A stretch of DNA of 64,000 nt from an uncultured Verrucomicrobiae bacterium. GTDB taxonomy: Bacteria > Verrucomicrobiota > Verrucomicrobiia > Chthoniobacterales > JAATET01. Position 1 is the stretch's first letter. Each line of letters starts with the position of its first letter. The position numbers and the translations under genes are program-made. The DNA is taken from NCBI GenBank assembly GCA_963719495.1, contig CAVRCI010000002.1, positions 672,001 through 736,000 on the forward strand, in the 5' to 3' direction. Under the pieces are notes generated by a model. The model was not told the origin of the DNA and made no database searches. It saw only the letters and a list, made by a program, of their open reading frames with translations. Below, in pieces: positions 61,378 through 64,000 of the stretch.

Positions 61378-62963
61378 CGAATGGTGTTGAAACGGTCGAC
61401 GTGATTTTGCCGCTCGAGTCTTCGGAGGACGAAGCGGCGTGGCGGCGGGCAGTGGCGGCGAAGCTGGGAGTGCCGGTGGAGCGGGTGCGGGAGGTGCGGT
61501 TGCGGAAACATTCCATCGACGCGCGGAAGTCGCCGGTGAAAGTGCAGCTGCGGCTCGAGGTCGGAGTGGATCAGGCTTTGGCGGAGGAGTGTCTGCCGGC
61601 GGCGGATTACCCGGAGGTGCCGGCGGGCGCGGCGACGGTGGTGATCGTGGGTTGCGGGCCGGCGGGGTTGTTCGCGGCCTTGCGGTGTCTGGAGCTTGGC
61701 TTGCGACCGATCGTGCTCGAGCGGGGGAAGGACGCGTCGGCGAGGCGGTTCGATCTTGCGCCGATTCTGCGGCACGGGACGGTGATCGAGGATTCGAACT
61801 ACTGTTTCGGCGAGGGCGGCGCGGGGACGTTTTCGGATGGGAAGCTCTACACGCGGGCGAAGAAGCGGGGTCCGGTCGCGCGGGTCTACGAGACGTTCGT
61901 GGCGCACGGGGCGCCGGAGCGGATTCTGGTGGATGCCCATCCGCACATTGGATCCAATCTGTTGCCGAACGTCGTGAAGGCGATGCGCGAGAGCGTTCGG
62001 GCGGCGGGGGGCGAGGTGCGTTTTGGCGCGAAGGTGACGGATCTGCTGATCGAGGGTGGGGCGGTGCGCGGGGTGGCGCTGGCGGACGGGCGGGAGATCG
62101 ACGCGGCGGCGGTGATTCTAGCGACGGGGCATTCGGCGCGGGACGTCTATGAATTGCTGGTGCGGCGGGGGGTGCGGCTGGAGCAGAAGGCGTTTGCGAT
62201 GGGCGTGCGGATCGAGCATCCGCAGGGGTTGGTCGACAGTCGGCAGTATCATTTTCCGCGGGGGGCTGAGCGCTCGCGGTTGCTGCCGGCGGCGAGTTAT
62301 TCGCTGGCGACGAAGATCGCGGATCGGGGCGTGCATTCGTTCTGCATGTGTCCGGGTGGGTTCATCGTCCCGGCTGCGACCGAGAACGACGAGGTGGTGG
62401 TCAATGGGATGAGTCTGGCGAAACGGGATTCGCCGTTCGCGAACAGCGGAATGGTCGTGACGATCGAACCGGAGGACGCCGAGCGGTGGCGGGCGGAGCA
62501 TGGGGTGCTGGCGGGGATTGCGGCTCAGCGGGCGCTCGAGACGGCGGCGAAGGTGGCGGGTGGTGGCGGGCAGACGGCCCCGGGTCAGCGGGTGACGGAT
62601 TTTCTGGCGGGGCGGCTTTCGGACGAGCTTCCGGCGACGAGCTATCATCCGGGGGTGCGGTCCGCGCGGCTGGACGAGCTGATGCCGCGGGGGATCGTGC
62701 GGCGGATGCGGGATGGATTGCGGCTCTTCGGTCGGCAGCTGCGGGGTTACGTCTCGGACGAGGGGTTGATGGTGGGATTCGAGACGCGGACGAGTTCGCC
62801 GGTGCGGGTGCCGCGCGATCCGGAGACGCTGGAGCATCCGGACGTGGCGGGGCTGATTCCGTCGGGTGAAGGGGCGGGGTTCGCGGGGGGGATCGTGAGC
62901 GCGGCGCTCGACGGGATGCGATGCGCGGAAGCCGCGGCGAAAAAATGTGGGGTGGCGACGTAA
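61374..62963 (+). CDS. FAD-dependent oxidoreductase (uncharacterised family)
   Basis: GCGPAGLFAA, FGEGGAGTFSDGKL, SFCMCPGG, ETRTSSPVR, GEGAGFAGGIVSAALDG. Confidence 0.9.
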   Translation: MTNGVETVDVILPLESSEDEAAWRRAVAAKLGVPVERVREVRLRKHSIDARKSPVKVQLRLEVGVDQALAEECLPAADYPEVPAGAATVVIVGCGPAGLFAALRCLELGLRPIVLERGKDASARRFDLAPILRHGTVIEDSNYCFGEGGAGTFSDGKLYTRAKKRGPVARVYETFVAHGAPERILVDAHPHIGSNLLPNVVKAMRESVRAAGGEVRFGAKVTDLLIEGGAVRGVALADGREIDAAAVILATGHSARDVYELLVRRGVRLEQKAFAMGVRIEHPQGLVDSRQYHFPRGAERSRLLPAASYSLATKIADRGVHSFCMCPGGFIVPAATENDEVVVNGMSLAKRDSPFANSGMVVTIEPEDAERWRAEHGVLAGIAAQRALETAAKVAGGGGQTAPGQRVTDFLAGRLSDELPATSYHPGVRSARLDELMPRGIVRRMRDGLRLFGRQLRGYVSDEGLMVGFETRTSSPVRVPRDPETLEHPDVAGLIPSGEGAGFAGGIVSAALDGMRCAEAAAKKCGVAT

Positions 62964-63026
62964 TTCGATCCGACCGGTTTCTTCTTGGGTTTCGAACAGT
63001 CCCAAGTTATGAAACGGAACTTACTT

Positions 63027-63323
63027 ATGAAAAAATCCAATCTATTCAAATTTGCCGCAGTGGCAATCGCCGCTGCCGGTCTCACCGCTTGTGACGTCGA
63101 TAAGACCCAGGAGGGTGAAATGCCCGAGGTGAAAGTCGAAGGTGGGCAGATGCCTGCTTACGATGTCGACGTGGCCGAGGTCGAAGTCGGAACGACGGAG
63201 AAAGTCGTCGAAGTGCCGAAAGTCACGATGGAAGAAGAGACGATCACCGTTCCCGCCGTCGGCGTGGATATGCCGGAAGAAGATGGTCCCGGGCCCGCCG
63301 CCGAGCCGAGCGATCAGGAGTAA
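63027..63323 (+). CDS. Small acidic lipoprotein
   Basis: MKKSNLFKFAAVAIAAAGLTAC lipobox; V/E/D-rich body. Confidence 0.8.
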   Translation: MKKSNLFKFAAVAIAAAGLTACDVDKTQEGEMPEVKVEGGQMPAYDVDVAEVEVGTTEKVVEVPKVTMEEETITVPAVGVDMPEEDGPGPAAEPSDQE

Positions 63324-63370
63324 TTCCTGTTTATCTTACGCTGGGTGAGAGTTTGCCCAGTTTGACTTTG

Positions 63371-63402
63371 CGGGCCGTTCCTTCTGGGGACGGCCCGTTT
63401 TT
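63371..63402 (+). terminator. Rho-independent terminator
   Basis: CGGGCCGTTCC-loop-GGGACGGCCCG followed by a T-run. Confidence 0.75.
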
Positions 63403-63458
63403 CGTTTGACCAACTTCGGCGGCTGGAAGCCGCCGCTCCTTGAAGTAGGGCAGCTCCG

Positions 63459-64000
63459 TTATCGGGAAGCTTTAGTCTTTTTCTCAAGGGCATTCGCGAA
63501 CGCGGCCCGGCATAAGGCGGAAACTTCCCGCAAGCTGGGGGTTGCGTCGATGCGGGCGGACCTTGCTGGGAAGGCGTCGTGGAGTTGGAGGAAGATGTCG
63601 CGGGATTGCTGGAGGGCGGTTTCGGATTCGAAGGTGTTGGGGACGTCGCCGCGCGCTCGGACTCGGGCCAGGCCTTCGGATGGGGGGATGTCGAGGAGGA
63701 TGACGAGGTCGGGGGTGGGGGCGATGGCTTCGTTGGCGGTGATGATCGCGAACGGGTCGATGCCGCGGGCTCCCTGGTAGGCGGCGGTGCTCCAATAGTA
63801 GCGGTCGAGGATGACGACGGCTCCGTAGTCGAGGGCGGGGCGGATGGAGCGGGCGACGTGGGCGGCGCGGTCTTCGAGGAAGAGAGCGAGTTCGTCTTCG
63901 GGGGTTGCGCGACCGTGTTTCGCGGATTCGCGGAGGGTGACGCCGGCGCCGAGGCCGGTGGGTTCTTTCGAGAGGGTGCAGGCGATACCGCGCTCGCCGC
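63459..64000 (-). CDS. tmk: Thymidylate kinase (5' end off window)
   Basis: Hand-translated: SKEPTG, LFLEDRAAHV..IRPAL..G.VVILDRYYWSTAAYQG, PDLVILLD. Confidence 0.93.
   Translation of the reverse strand, partial: GERGIACTLSKEPTGLGAGVTLRESAKHGRATPEDELALFLEDRAAHVARSIRPALDYGAVVILDRYYWSTAAYQGARGIDPFAIITANEAIAPTPDLVILLDIPPSEGLARVRARGDVPNTFESETALQQSRDIFLQLHDAFPARSARIDATPSLREVSALCRAAFANALEKKTKASR

Overview
GC-rich bacterial DNA, most consistent with a Verrucomicrobiota genome (PEP-CTERM protein, large Verrucomicrobia-style secreted multidomain proteins, LacI-type regulator, dense palindromic repeats). Three blocks. (1) 1-28.5 kb is a glycan-utilisation island: GH42-like x2, GH10-like, clan GH-A, lyase-like, beta-helix/PKD protein, GH29 and a LacI regulator, plus a CBM-rich c-type heme protein, a DegT aminotransferase and a giant zinc metalloprotease. 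Seven copies of a 14-bp palindrome TTnTACnCGTAnAA lie in its intergenic regions. (2) 28.5-35.3 kb is a decaying zone: an ABC-permease remnant, a DUF4424-like gene, and a CapA-domain gene broken by a nonsense codon and by a 1906-bp ISAs1-type element whose transposase is fused to a DUF4338 (Mom/DruA-like) domain and needs a -1 frameshift. (3) 35.3-64 kb is mostly core genome: a heavy-metal RND operon whose three pump genes each carry an in-frame palindromic-repeat insertion; gap-pgk-tpiA with a four-helix-bundle cassette bracketed by inverted heptamer arrays; aroK, csp, purE, sua5, a PEP-CTERM protein, a GH64-like protein, a nonsense-interrupted Fic gene, murJ, ldhA, rpoN (preceded by a sigma-54 box), a lipoprotein chorismate mutase, an FAD oxidoreductase and tmk. 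No rRNA, tRNA or CRISPR array was seen. All family calls are by motif recognition, not database search.
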